Of a stretch of 64,000 nt of DNA, positions 24,337 through 32,973 are shown piece by piece; the first letter of the stretch is position 1, and each line of letters opens with the position of its first letter. Source of the DNA: an uncultured Pelagibacteraceae bacterium (lineage in GTDB: Bacteria; Pseudomonadota; Alphaproteobacteria; Pelagibacterales; AG-422-B15). Made by a program: the position numbers and the translations under genes. The notes under the pieces are model-generated. The model was not told the DNA's origin, made no database searches, and saw only the letters and a list, made by a program, of their open reading frames with translations. The stretch is taken from positions 19,514 through 83,513 of the forward strand of contig CABYZQ010000003.1 in assembly GCA_902523535.1 (NCBI GenBank), given 5' to 3'.

Positions 24337-26457
24337 ATGGCTTTTACTCAAGATACTTCTGCTTTCTCATCAAAAAACAATTATCAGAATTTAATTATCC
24401 CTGGAATAATATTTGCTGCGTTGCTGTTTTCAATATGGTTAGTATTTCAAAGTGAAGACGTATCTGAATTTCCAGTTTTTGTTACTGACTCTTTTACATT
24501 TACCGCATGGGTCAATCAGGGTGAGGATTTCTTAAAAGATAATATTAAAGTATACACTAGAGCGGTTGCTGCTTATGTAAAAGAACTTTATTGGATGCTT
24601 GAAGATTTTCTTTTAGACTCTTCTTGGGTATTTATTGCAGCACTATTGCTTATACCTTCTCTTGCATTTGGAGGAATAAAACTTGGTTTCCTTGTTTTGT
24701 CTGGAACAATGTATTGGGGAATGGTTGGACTCTGGGATTCTGCTATGGAAACTCTAGCTCTTATGGGGCTATCAGTATTTTTGTCAGTTTTAGTTGGCGT
24801 CATACTTGGTATTTTTTGTGCCTTAAGTGATCGATTTGAAAGGAATATGAAACCTGCTCTTGATGTTATGCAGGTGATGCCAGCTTTTGTTTATCTAATA
24901 CCAGCAATGTTTTTCTTTGGTATTGGTGGTGCCCCAGCAATACTTGCGACAATGATTTACTCAATGCCACCGATCATTCGATTGACAAATTTAGGCATAC
25001 GTCAAGTTCCAAATGAAACAATAGAGACTGCTACTGCATTTGGCTCAACAAAAAGTCAAGTTTTGTTTAAAGTACAAATTCCACTTGCACTACCCAGCAT
25101 AATGATGGGCGTTAACCAGACAATTATGATGGCTTTAGCTTTAGTTGTTTTAGCAACTTTTATTGGTGCTCAAGGATTAGGTTCAGATATTTGGGTATCA
25201 ATCAAAAAACTTGAAGTAGGCGCTGCATTAGAGGGTGGCTTTTGCGTTTTGTTAATGGCAATTATGTTTGATAGATTTGGCAAAGCAGCTAGTCGAGAGA
25301 CTGTAACGCTTCCAGTCGACAGTCAGAAGTTTTATCTGCTTCCACAGACATGGGATATTTATCCTACAGCGAGATATATTGAGAAGCCATTACAGTACAT
25401 ACATCTTGCTGTGGCTTTTATATTTTCAAGTATTATAAGAATTTTCTCTTTTGTAATTAATTTAGTAGTTTCATTTATTAATAAAGACTACGGAAAAATA
25501 ATTGAACAATTCATAAATGCTCATTATTTTATGTTCTCAGGAATATTCATCTTATTGGGAATAATTTATTATGACTCAAATATTGCAACCATTGGAAGTT
25601 TTCCTGAATCATGGAACTTATCAATCAGAGATGAAATAGCAGCAGGTGTTAAGTCATTAACAGTTAATCCAACATTTATTGAAATAACTCGCTCTATTCG
25701 GGCTACAGTTGTGATTTATCTTTTAAGACCTCTTGATACCTATCTAACTTATCTTCCTTATTGGTTCACGATCGGAGCATTAGTTTTAATTAGTTGGAAG
25801 GCTGTCAATTTGAGATTTGCAATTGTTACAGCTTTTTTATTAGCATTTATTGGAGCATGCAATATTTGGACTGAGGCAATGATTACTTTATCTTCAGTTC
25901 TTATCTCAGTTCTTTTATGTTTTGTGATAGGAGTTCCAATTGGCATTATGGCCTCGTACAGTAAAAGATTTCAAAATATCAACGAGGTCATCTTAGATGC
26001 AATGCAAACACTTCCTTATTTCTGTTACCTTGTTCCAGTTTTGATGTTCTTTGGCGGAGGATCATTTTCTGCATTACTTGCAACAATCATCTATGCGATA
26101 CCTCCAATTATTCGTCTTACGGTCTTAGGCTTGTCACAGGTGTCAACAACGTATTCAGAGGTATCGAGATCATTTGGAGGCTCAACCTTACAAACATTAA
26201 GTAAAATTAAATTCCCTCTTGCGGTACCGAGCTTAGTGATGGGTTTCAATCAAACAGTAATGATGGCTTTTGCAATGCAAATTGTCACACCATTAATTGG
26301 AGGAAAAGGCCTTGGACTTGAAGTTTTTAACGGCTTAGCTCGTTCTGATACGGGCAGAGCGCTTGCAGCCGGTATTGGAATTTGCCTGTTAGCAATGATA
26401 ATTGACCGTATAAGTCTTGCTTACACAAAAAAACAAAGAGATGCCCTAGGTTTATAG
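24337..26457 (+). CDS. proW: fused tandem ProW-type ABC permease (two BPD-transport domains in one 706-aa polypeptide)
   Basis: Two copies of the permease core and EAA loop: ETATAFGSTKSQVLFKVQIPLALPSIMMGVNQTIMMAL and EVSRSFGGSTLQTLSKIKFPLAVPSLVMGFNQTVMMAF. Both halves also carry MQVMPAFVYLIP / MQTLPYFCYLVP and YSMPPIIRLTNLG / YAIPPIIRLTVLG. Confidence 0.88.
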   Translation: MAFTQDTSAFSSKNNYQNLIIPGIIFAALLFSIWLVFQSEDVSEFPVFVTDSFTFTAWVNQGEDFLKDNIKVYTRAVAAYVKELYWMLEDFLLDSSWVFIAALLLIPSLAFGGIKLGFLVLSGTMYWGMVGLWDSAMETLALMGLSVFLSVLVGVILGIFCALSDRFERNMKPALDVMQVMPAFVYLIPAMFFFGIGGAPAILATMIYSMPPIIRLTNLGIRQVPNETIETATAFGSTKSQVLFKVQIPLALPSIMMGVNQTIMMALALVVLATFIGAQGLGSDIWVSIKKLEVGAALEGGFCVLLMAIMFDRFGKAASRETVTLPVDSQKFYLLPQTWDIYPTARYIEKPLQYIHLAVAFIFSSIIRIFSFVINLVVSFINKDYGKIIEQFINAHYFMFSGIFILLGIIYYDSNIATIGSFPESWNLSIRDEIAAGVKSLTVNPTFIEITRSIRATVVIYLLRPLDTYLTYLPYWFTIGALVLISWKAVNLRFAIVTAFLLAFIGACNIWTEAMITLSSVLISVLLCFVIGVPIGIMASYSKRFQNINEVILDAMQTLPYFCYLVPVLMFFGGGSFSALLATIIYAIPPIIRLTVLGLSQVSTTYSEVSRSFGGSTLQTLSKIKFPLAVPSLVMGFNQTVMMAFAMQIVTPLIGGKGLGLEVFNGLARSDTGRALAAGIGICLLAMIIDRISLAYTKKQRDALGL

Positions 26458-26578
26458 ATATAATTTTTATATCTTTTTGTTTATTTAATTTTTCAAAGAA
26501 ACTTCATAAAGCAGTTTACTAATTGATCTTTTTCAGGCTAAAATTAATCATTAATTAATTAATAAAGGGGAAAATTTA

Positions 26579-27583
26579 ATGAAAACATCATTATTTTTAA
26601 AAACTTTTACTGCCCTTATATTGTCGTCTTTTCTCGTATTTTCAGCGGGTACAGCGCACGCAAAACGCTTAACTGCTGCTGTTGCTGACTGGACTGGAGG
26701 AGAGATTACATGTCAAGTTGCAGTAAGCATGTTAGAGCAAGAACTAGGATATCGTGTAGATAGAATAGAATTTGCATCAGGGACTGGTCTTTGGGAAGCA
26801 ATCGCTGCCGGTGATATTGACTTCGCATGTGAGAGCTGGCCGAGCTATGCAGAAGCTGACGAAGTAATGCTCAATGAGCCACTATATTATGAAGGCGAAG
26901 TTGTTCAAGAGTACTCAGGATCTGGTGAAGTAATAGCGTTTACAACTGGTATCATTGGTGCGTCAGATTATTATGTACCTAAATATTTTGTTGATGCCAA
27001 TCCTGACTTTAAGGGTTGGGAAGATCTTAATAAATTTAAAGATCAATTCGCAACAGTTGAGACTGGATCCAAAGGACGACTTATTGGATGTCCAGTAGCA
27101 GGTTGGAACTGTCATGATCAAAAAAGACTTGATATCATGGGAATTGATTTTGAAGCAGTTGAACTTGGAACAGAGGTTGCACTTTTAGCAGAGGCACAAG
27201 GTTCTTACGATAGACAAGAGCCATTCTTAATGTATCTTTGGGAACCTCACTTTTTCTTTGGTAAAAATGAAATGGTAGGAATTGGTCTTCCTCCTCACCA
27301 GCCTTGTGATTCTTTCACTGAGGCGAACAACTGGCAAGATTGTGGTATGGGCTCTTGGCCTGCAAGTAACTGGGCTAAAGACTATACTATGAACTACATG
27401 AACCCAGAAACTATGCAAAGTGCTGAAAACGCTGAAGCGCTTGCATTCTTCAAGAAAATGAAATTTGCTAATGTTGATCAAGCAAAAATGCTTGTTAGAG
27501 TTGGCGATGATGGATTATCAGTTGAAGAAGCGGTTCAAGAGTGGAAAGACAGTACTAACGATTGGGAAGCTTGGCTTCCATAA
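26579..27583 (+). CDS. proX: glycine betaine-type ABC transporter substrate-binding protein (ProX/OpuAC family)
   Basis: Signal peptide (..VFSAGTAHA). ADWTGGEITCQV, CESWPSY and GCPVAGWNCH (compare E. coli ProX CNPGWGC). A GGGG AAA RBS-like tract lies upstream. Confidence 0.85.
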   Translation: MKTSLFLKTFTALILSSFLVFSAGTAHAKRLTAAVADWTGGEITCQVAVSMLEQELGYRVDRIEFASGTGLWEAIAAGDIDFACESWPSYAEADEVMLNEPLYYEGEVVQEYSGSGEVIAFTTGIIGASDYYVPKYFVDANPDFKGWEDLNKFKDQFATVETGSKGRLIGCPVAGWNCHDQKRLDIMGIDFEAVELGTEVALLAEAQGSYDRQEPFLMYLWEPHFFFGKNEMVGIGLPPHQPCDSFTEANNWQDCGMGSWPASNWAKDYTMNYMNPETMQSAENAEALAFFKKMKFANVDQAKMLVRVGDDGLSVEEAVQEWKDSTNDWEAWLP

Positions 27584-27608
27584 GACTGTTCAACCAAAGT
27601 TAAAATTT

Positions 27609-27642
27609 AAGGCCTTGTATAATTATACAAGGCCTTTTTTTT
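27609..27642 (+). terminator. rho-independent terminator after proX
   Basis: AAGGCCTTGTATA-at-TATACAAGGCCTT, a perfect 13-bp stem followed by T8. Confidence 0.85.
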
Positions 27643-27658
27643 ACTCTATCATTGAGTA

Positions 27659-28564
27659 ATGAATGCTCGCCATAAATATCATTACAGCATTAGCTTTGCA
27701 TTATTGATTGCAGCTGGATTATGGGGATTATTTTGGATACCCCAAAGAGCACTCGAGTCCGGTGGCTTAACTGGTGGCTGGGCTACTATTTCACAAATGA
27801 TCATTCCCTTTTTAATTCTGCTTCCAGTTGCTTTCTGGAGAAAATATAAAGGCAATTCATTTGGTCTTGATTATCCGATTATAGGACTGTTATTTGGCGC
27901 AGGTATTGCATGTTACGCGAACAGTTTTCTATTAACAGATGTGGTAAGAGCATTAATTCTTTTTTACATAACTCCGGTTTGGACAACAATTTTCGAAGTG
28001 ATATTTCTTAGGCAGCTTCCCCGCTACTATAGATATATCACTCTTATTCTAGCATTGTCTGGAGTTTGGATTGTATTTGGACAAGATGGATTTATTCCAA
28101 TACCTCAAAATTCTGGTGACTGGATAGCCCTATTAGGGGGTATATTTATTGCAGCCTCAGCAGTTCGAATGGAAGTTAAAAAACCAGAGGGCATTTTTCC
28201 AATTCTTTTTTCATTCTTTTTTTATGGCGGTATATTTACTTTAGTACAAGCCTACTTTCTTAGAGATGTGATGGGTTCTGCACCATCAATGGATTCTTGG
28301 ATTACAATGATGCCATGGCTCTTATTAATAGCCATCTTATTTCACCTACCAACAAATGTGGTTATACTGGGAGCACCCAGTAGAATTGGGGCAGGATTAT
28401 TCTCTATAATCATTCTTTTTGAAATTGTAGTTGGCACGTTTAGCGCTGCAATATTAACAGATGAACTATTTGGCTGGAGAGAGATATTAGGAAGCTCATT
28501 TATAATCTTGGCAGGATTAACAGAGATTATTTTTGCGTCAAATGTACCTATTAAAAAAGAATAA
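27659..28564 (+). CDS. EamA/DMT-family transporter
   Basis: 301 aa with about 10 hydrophobic helices in two EamA-like halves. Confidence 0.7.
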   Translation: MNARHKYHYSISFALLIAAGLWGLFWIPQRALESGGLTGGWATISQMIIPFLILLPVAFWRKYKGNSFGLDYPIIGLLFGAGIACYANSFLLTDVVRALILFYITPVWTTIFEVIFLRQLPRYYRYITLILALSGVWIVFGQDGFIPIPQNSGDWIALLGGIFIAASAVRMEVKKPEGIFPILFSFFFYGGIFTLVQAYFLRDVMGSAPSMDSWITMMPWLLLIAILFHLPTNVVILGAPSRIGAGLFSIIILFEIVVGTFSAAILTDELFGWREILGSSFIILAGLTEIIFASNVPIKKE

Positions 28565-28565
28565 C

Positions 28566-29489
28566 TTATAATTCGTTCAGTAATTTTATGTGCTCAACAG
28601 TTGTGCCACAGCAACCTCCAATAATCTGTGCTCCTGCGTCTTTCCATTTTTTGGCTTCGACTAAATAATCATTTGGCTGAATTATATTGCTCATGTCATA
28701 GCGTGGAAAATTAAATACGGCTACTTCTGGATAAGCCATTATAGGAAGATCGTATATTTCCTTAAGTTCTTTTATACTTTCTTCTATTACGCCAATATCA
28801 CAATGCATTATACCAACTGCATCCAATTTATGGTGTTTAACATTGCTGATCATTTTTTTAAAACTATACTCATAGTCAGTAGTAAGGGCTATCAAGCCAT
28901 CTTTGTTTCTGGAAGAAAACCCAGCCCATACAGGTAAACCAACTTTGCTTGCTGAATCAAAAATTATATCAATTCGATCTGGCCTATACATCAGCTCCAA
29001 TAAAATAAAATCACATCCGTTATCCGCTAAAAAAAATGCCAGCTCATCAAAAGATTTTTGAAAATATTCCGGGGTAAGTTTCTTGATATATTTATCTTTT
29101 TCTTCCTGCGATCTAAAAGCATCTTCATACGGTATTTGGTGAGATAAAGATCCTGCCACAAGTACATCATCTCGACCACATTCTTCTCTTGCCTGGATCG
29201 CTGCATTTATTGCAGCTAGATTAATTTCTTCAAATCTATCTTCAACTCCAGCCACTTCTAATATCATTCGATTTGAAGCATAGGTATTTGTTGTAATTAT
29301 TTTTGCTCCAGCATTAATGTAGTCTTTATGAATTTGTTTTAGAATATCGAACTCAAGCGAAGCAGTTGCGCACCACGAGTTATCCATTTTAATACCTCTG
29401 TTTTCAAGTTCAGATCCAGTGGCTCCATCAAGCAATATAGTTTCCCCAGAACGGAGAACCTCTAAAAATTTTTTATACCTTTGATTCAT
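28566..29489 (-). CDS. homocysteine S-methyltransferase family protein (BHMT/MmuM-like)
   Basis: ILLDGATGSELE, IITTNTY, LVAGSL and the Zn-site IGGCCGTTVEHI (PF02574 pattern). Confidence 0.85.
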   Translation of the reverse strand: MNQRYKKFLEVLRSGETILLDGATGSELENRGIKMDNSWCATASLEFDILKQIHKDYINAGAKIITTNTYASNRMILEVAGVEDRFEEINLAAINAAIQAREECGRDDVLVAGSLSHQIPYEDAFRSQEEKDKYIKKLTPEYFQKSFDELAFFLADNGCDFILLELMYRPDRIDIIFDSASKVGLPVWAGFSSRNKDGLIALTTDYEYSFKKMISNVKHHKLDAVGIMHCDIGVIEESIKELKEIYDLPIMAYPEVAVFNFPRYDMSNIIQPNDYLVEAKKWKDAGAQIIGGCCGTTVEHIKLLNEL

Positions 29490-29599
29490 AGGTTGTTAAT
29501 TATCGTTTAAAGATTAATTAAGTAAATATATTATTATGAAAATGATTTACTTTTTCTCATTTTTTAGTTTATAAGGTCGGATCAATTTGGAGATTGCTT

Positions 29600-30736
29600 A
29601 TGTCAAAAGGTATCATTTACACACCCAGAGTTAGAAAGTCACCTTTCTTTGAGGAAACTATAAAGTCTGGAGCAACTAATTTCACTACTTACAATCATAT
29701 GACGATGCCTGTGGGATACACTACACCTGAGCAGGAATATCATTCATTAATTAATGATGTGACGTTATGGGATGTTGCGGCTGAAAGACAAGTTGAAATT
29801 ATAGGAGAAGACGCTGCAAAATTTGTTCAGTACATGACTCCAAGAAACCTATCAACTTTCAAAGATGGATTTTGTCGATACGCATTCATGACAGATGAAG
29901 ATGGTGGAATTATAAATGACCCTCTTATATTAAAATTTAATGAAAATAAATTTTGGCTGAGTATAGCAGACTCAGATGCAATTCTCTGGTGTAAAGGGAT
30001 AGCCCATTCAGGTAAATTTAATGTTAAAATTTCTGAACCAGAAGCATGTCCACTTTCATTGCAAGGACCAAGATCAAAAGAACTCATGAGAAAAATAACA
30101 AATGATGACCCTATCATCATGGGATTGAAATATTACCAATTTATTGAAACTAATTTATTTGGTATTGATATAATAATCGCAAGAAGTGGATGGAGTAATC
30201 AGTTTGGATACGAAATATATATTACACGCGAAGCTGATGCTTCTATATTATGGAGTTCATTAATGGAAGCGGGCAAAGAATTTAAAATTGTACCAAGTTG
30301 TCCAAATCAAATTGATCGAATTGAAGCAGGTATGATTTCACACCAAGGTGATACTTCATTGGAAGAGAATCCATTGGAATTAAATCTTCCTAAATTCTAC
30401 GATCTTGATCAGGAGAGTGATTTTGTAGGCAAAGACGCTTTACTAAAAATTAGGGAAGAGGGCATCAAGAAACAGTTCACGGGATTCAAGATTTCAGGCA
30501 AAAAAATTGGGTACAACATGGCTAGGATTCCTCTATTTGATAGCAATTCAGAACAAAAAGGCTTCATAAGCAGCACAATTTATAGCCCAAATTTTGGATG
30601 CAACATTGCACTTGGATATATCGATATTAGCCTTACGAGTTCTGAGGACATATTTAAAATTAGTCATGATGGTGAAGATAGAGATGTCGAAGTGGTACCT
30701 TTGCCATTTAGTTCAAGACTTGAAAAAATGGAATAA
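29600..30736 (+). CDS. GcvT-family THF-dependent demethylase, DmdA-like (378 aa)
   Basis: PRVRKSPFF, TTYNHM, LWDVAAERQVEIIGEDAAKF, GGIINDPLILKFNENKFWLSIADSD, LSLQGPRS, ARSGWSNQFGYEIY and DRIEAGMISHQGD. Size and N-terminus resemble DMSP demethylase DmdA. I place the start at ATG 29600 (GGAGA 6 nt upstream), not the track's TTG at 29594. Confidence 0.8.
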   Translation: MSKGIIYTPRVRKSPFFEETIKSGATNFTTYNHMTMPVGYTTPEQEYHSLINDVTLWDVAAERQVEIIGEDAAKFVQYMTPRNLSTFKDGFCRYAFMTDEDGGIINDPLILKFNENKFWLSIADSDAILWCKGIAHSGKFNVKISEPEACPLSLQGPRSKELMRKITNDDPIIMGLKYYQFIETNLFGIDIIIARSGWSNQFGYEIYITREADASILWSSLMEAGKEFKIVPSCPNQIDRIEAGMISHQGDTSLEENPLELNLPKFYDLDQESDFVGKDALLKIREEGIKKQFTGFKISGKKIGYNMARIPLFDSNSEQKGFISSTIYSPNFGCNIALGYIDISLTSSEDIFKISHDGEDRDVEVVPLPFSSRLEKME

Positions 30737-31386
30737 TGTTTTCTCAAAGTAGAATTAATCAACTTCTATTTGTATCAATTATCATATTTGCCATTATTGC
30801 AGGTTGGGCTGTATCTGAACTGTTCAATAGTAAACAAGATGAACCTTCTAATAATATTACTCTAAAATTTGAAGCTACTGATCATTTCGGAAATGAAGTT
30901 TCAACAACTAATTATGATGGATTCAGTAAAGTATTTTTCTTTGGTTTTACACATTGTCCAGATATTTGCCCAATTAGTGCTAATTTAATGAGTAATGCTA
31001 TAGACCAACTTAAAAATGATAATTTTGAAACAGATAGCATTAAGTTTTTCTTTGTTACAGTTGATCCTGCGAGAGACAATCCTGAAAGGCTTAGAGAATT
31101 TTTATCTAATTTCAGCAATGATATTATTGGATTAACAGGCAGCCACAAGGTACTTATGCCTATCTGGAAAGATTTTTTTGTACATGTAGAGCCTGCAACA
31201 AGATCTGAGCACCAAAACCACTTAAGCTCCTCAGAACAAGTAAATGATGCTGCTTCTAATAACGAAAATTACATGGTTCAGCATACAGCATTTTATTATA
31301 TTTTTGATAATAGCAATACATTGCAAAGCATATTACCTTTTGGGTCAAGCATTGAACAAATGGTCGAAGATTTAAAAAAAATATAG
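30736..31386 (+). CDS. SCO1/SenC-family copper chaperone (thioredoxin fold)
   Basis: N-terminal TM helix, FGFTHCPDICP (CxxxC), FVTVDPARD, and a distal His in MVQHTAFYYIFD. Its ATG overlaps the DmdA-like stop (TAATG). Confidence 0.85.
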   Translation: MFSQSRINQLLFVSIIIFAIIAGWAVSELFNSKQDEPSNNITLKFEATDHFGNEVSTTNYDGFSKVFFFGFTHCPDICPISANLMSNAIDQLKNDNFETDSIKFFFVTVDPARDNPERLREFLSNFSNDIIGLTGSHKVLMPIWKDFFVHVEPATRSEHQNHLSSSEQVNDAASNNENYMVQHTAFYYIFDNSNTLQSILPFGSSIEQMVEDLKKI

Positions 31387-31389
31387 ATT

Positions 31390-31629
31390 ATGCAAAAATT
31401 ACTTTTGTTATTTGCACTTGTTCTATTCTCGTGCTCTGAAAATACCAATGTTTACGAGGAGCTTGCGGTCAAAAAGGCTGGTGAGAAAAACTGCAATCCT
31501 GTCGTTGAGTTATTATTAACTTATGAAGATACAGAATTGTGGTCATCTTATCACAATAAAGATACACAATTACTGTGTGTTTTTACCTGCGTAAATGATG
31601 TATGCATGTTTTCAACAGAGAGAGATTAA
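31390..31629 (+). CDS. small Cys-rich putative lipoprotein
   Basis: 79 aa. Signal peptide with a lipobox-like LFSC, then five further Cys. I recognise no family. Confidence 0.45.
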   Translation: MQKLLLLFALVLFSCSENTNVYEELAVKKAGEKNCNPVVELLLTYEDTELWSSYHNKDTQLLCVFTCVNDVCMFSTERD

Positions 31630-32090
31630 AAGTGTTTTTTAAGTTTTTAAGTATTATTTTCGTATTTTTCGTGTCTTCTCCCTCAATTGCACATCAGTTT
31701 CAAAAAGAAAATATAAATATTAATCATCCGCATATAAAATTTACAATTTCATCAGGTCCTGCTGCTGGTTATATGACGATTGTAAATATGGGAGATAAAG
31801 CAGACAAACTATTAAACATTGAAGTAGATTTTGCGGTTGCAGAACTTCACCTCTCAGAAATTAATGATGGAATTGTTTCAATGAATAAAGTGGATTTCAT
31901 AGAGATACCCGCACAGATTGCAAAGTCTCTTAAACCAGGAGGCTATCATGTCATGTTTTCAAAATTTAATATTGAATTGATAGATGAATCTGAGCTAATT
32001 GGGGTGCTTAATTTTGAACTCGCTGGTGAAATTAAAGTGGTTTTTGAAGTTGAGACGCAAAAATATAAAGATGATTTTACGGAGCATTAG
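31602..32090 (+). CDS. copper chaperone PCu(A)C (DUF461)
   Basis: Signal peptide, then AAGYMTIVNMG, AELHLSE and KPGGYHVMF, which together form the H/M..M..H.M Cu(I) motif. The start may instead be GTG 31632, directly after the preceding stop. Confidence 0.8.
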   Translation: MHVFNRERLKVFFKFLSIIFVFFVSSPSIAHQFQKENININHPHIKFTISSGPAAGYMTIVNMGDKADKLLNIEVDFAVAELHLSEINDGIVSMNKVDFIEIPAQIAKSLKPGGYHVMFSKFNIELIDESELIGVLNFELAGEIKVVFEVETQKYKDDFTEH

Positions 32091-32094
32091 ATAG

Positions 32095-32964
32095 ATGGCT
32101 AGGACATATAAGTTTGAATATATCATAACAATTATTTCGTTATCATTATTAGTTTCTATTGCATGGTATTATTTATATTTAATGGCATCACACCCTTCAA
32201 TGGATGGCATGATGAAAAGTGAAAACTCGATGTCAATGTCAATGGATTCAATTGAAATGGACTCTGAGCAAACGAACTCAATGTCAATGGAGTCAACGGA
32301 AATGAATATTGGAAACAAGTCGATAAATTTCTTGATGATGCCTATGACTGGTGAATGGAATTTCAATGATTTCATTGTTATGAATACAATGTGGATCGTC
32401 ATGATGTTCGCTATGATGATGCCTTCTACTTATATATTTTTGAATCTCTTCAGGCTGATGCGATCTAAGATGCAAACAGTAAAATATCCAACTTTAGAGT
32501 TATCATTAATATCTTTGACATATTTTATCATATGGATAACTTTTTCGATAAGCGCTTGTACTGCACAATACTATCTTCATAACAATGGTTTGGTTGATAT
32601 GATGGGGACCTTAAAAAGTAATACTGTTTCCTCAATCACACTATTAGTTGCTGGGATATACCAATTCACAAATCTAAAACAAGCTTGCTTGGAAAAGTGC
32701 AGAAACCCTCTTTCATTTATAATGGGTAGAAACATACATGGCACAAAAGATATTATTAGTATCGGTTTATCGCACGGTCTATATTGTCTTGGCTGTTGTT
32801 GGTCCTTAATGGCATTATTGTTCGTAAATGGAGTTATGAACCTGACATGGGTAGTTATACTGACTATTATAATATTGATTGAAAAACTTCTTCCTTTTGA
32901 GCAACTTAGCTCTAGATTTTTTGGTGTTCTTCTAGTAATTTGGGGCCTATATCTTTTAATATAA
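32095..32964 (+). CDS. DUF2182-family predicted metal-binding integral membrane protein with Met-rich insert
   Basis: CLEKCRNPLSF and GLYCLGCCWSLMALLFVNGVMN match the DUF2182 signature as remembered; about 6 TM helices. Residues ~35-75 are Met/Ser-rich. Confidence 0.7.
   Translation: MARTYKFEYIITIISLSLLVSIAWYYLYLMASHPSMDGMMKSENSMSMSMDSIEMDSEQTNSMSMESTEMNIGNKSINFLMMPMTGEWNFNDFIVMNTMWIVMMFAMMMPSTYIFLNLFRLMRSKMQTVKYPTLELSLISLTYFIIWITFSISACTAQYYLHNNGLVDMMGTLKSNTVSSITLLVAGIYQFTNLKQACLEKCRNPLSFIMGRNIHGTKDIISIGLSHGLYCLGCCWSLMALLFVNGVMNLTWVVILTIIILIEKLLPFEQLSSRFFGVLLVIWGLYLLI
32233..32306 (+). repeat. imperfect 29-nt direct repeat inside the DUF2182 gene
   Basis: 32233-32261 TCAATGTCAATGGATTCAATTGAAATGGA versus 32278-32306 TCAATGTCAATGGAGTCAACGGAAATGAA, 25/29 identical. 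They encode SMSMDSIEM and SMSMESTEM. Confidence 0.8.
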
Positions 32965-32973
32965 TATTAAATT

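Noticed and set aside
26458-26478. ATATAA-ttt-TTATAT hairpin plus CTTTTT right after the proW stop, as a terminator.
   Set aside because: The stem is all A-T and only 6 bp, which is too weak to call in an AT-rich genome. proX probably has its own promoter in the 121-nt gap, but I cannot support specific -35/-10 boxes.
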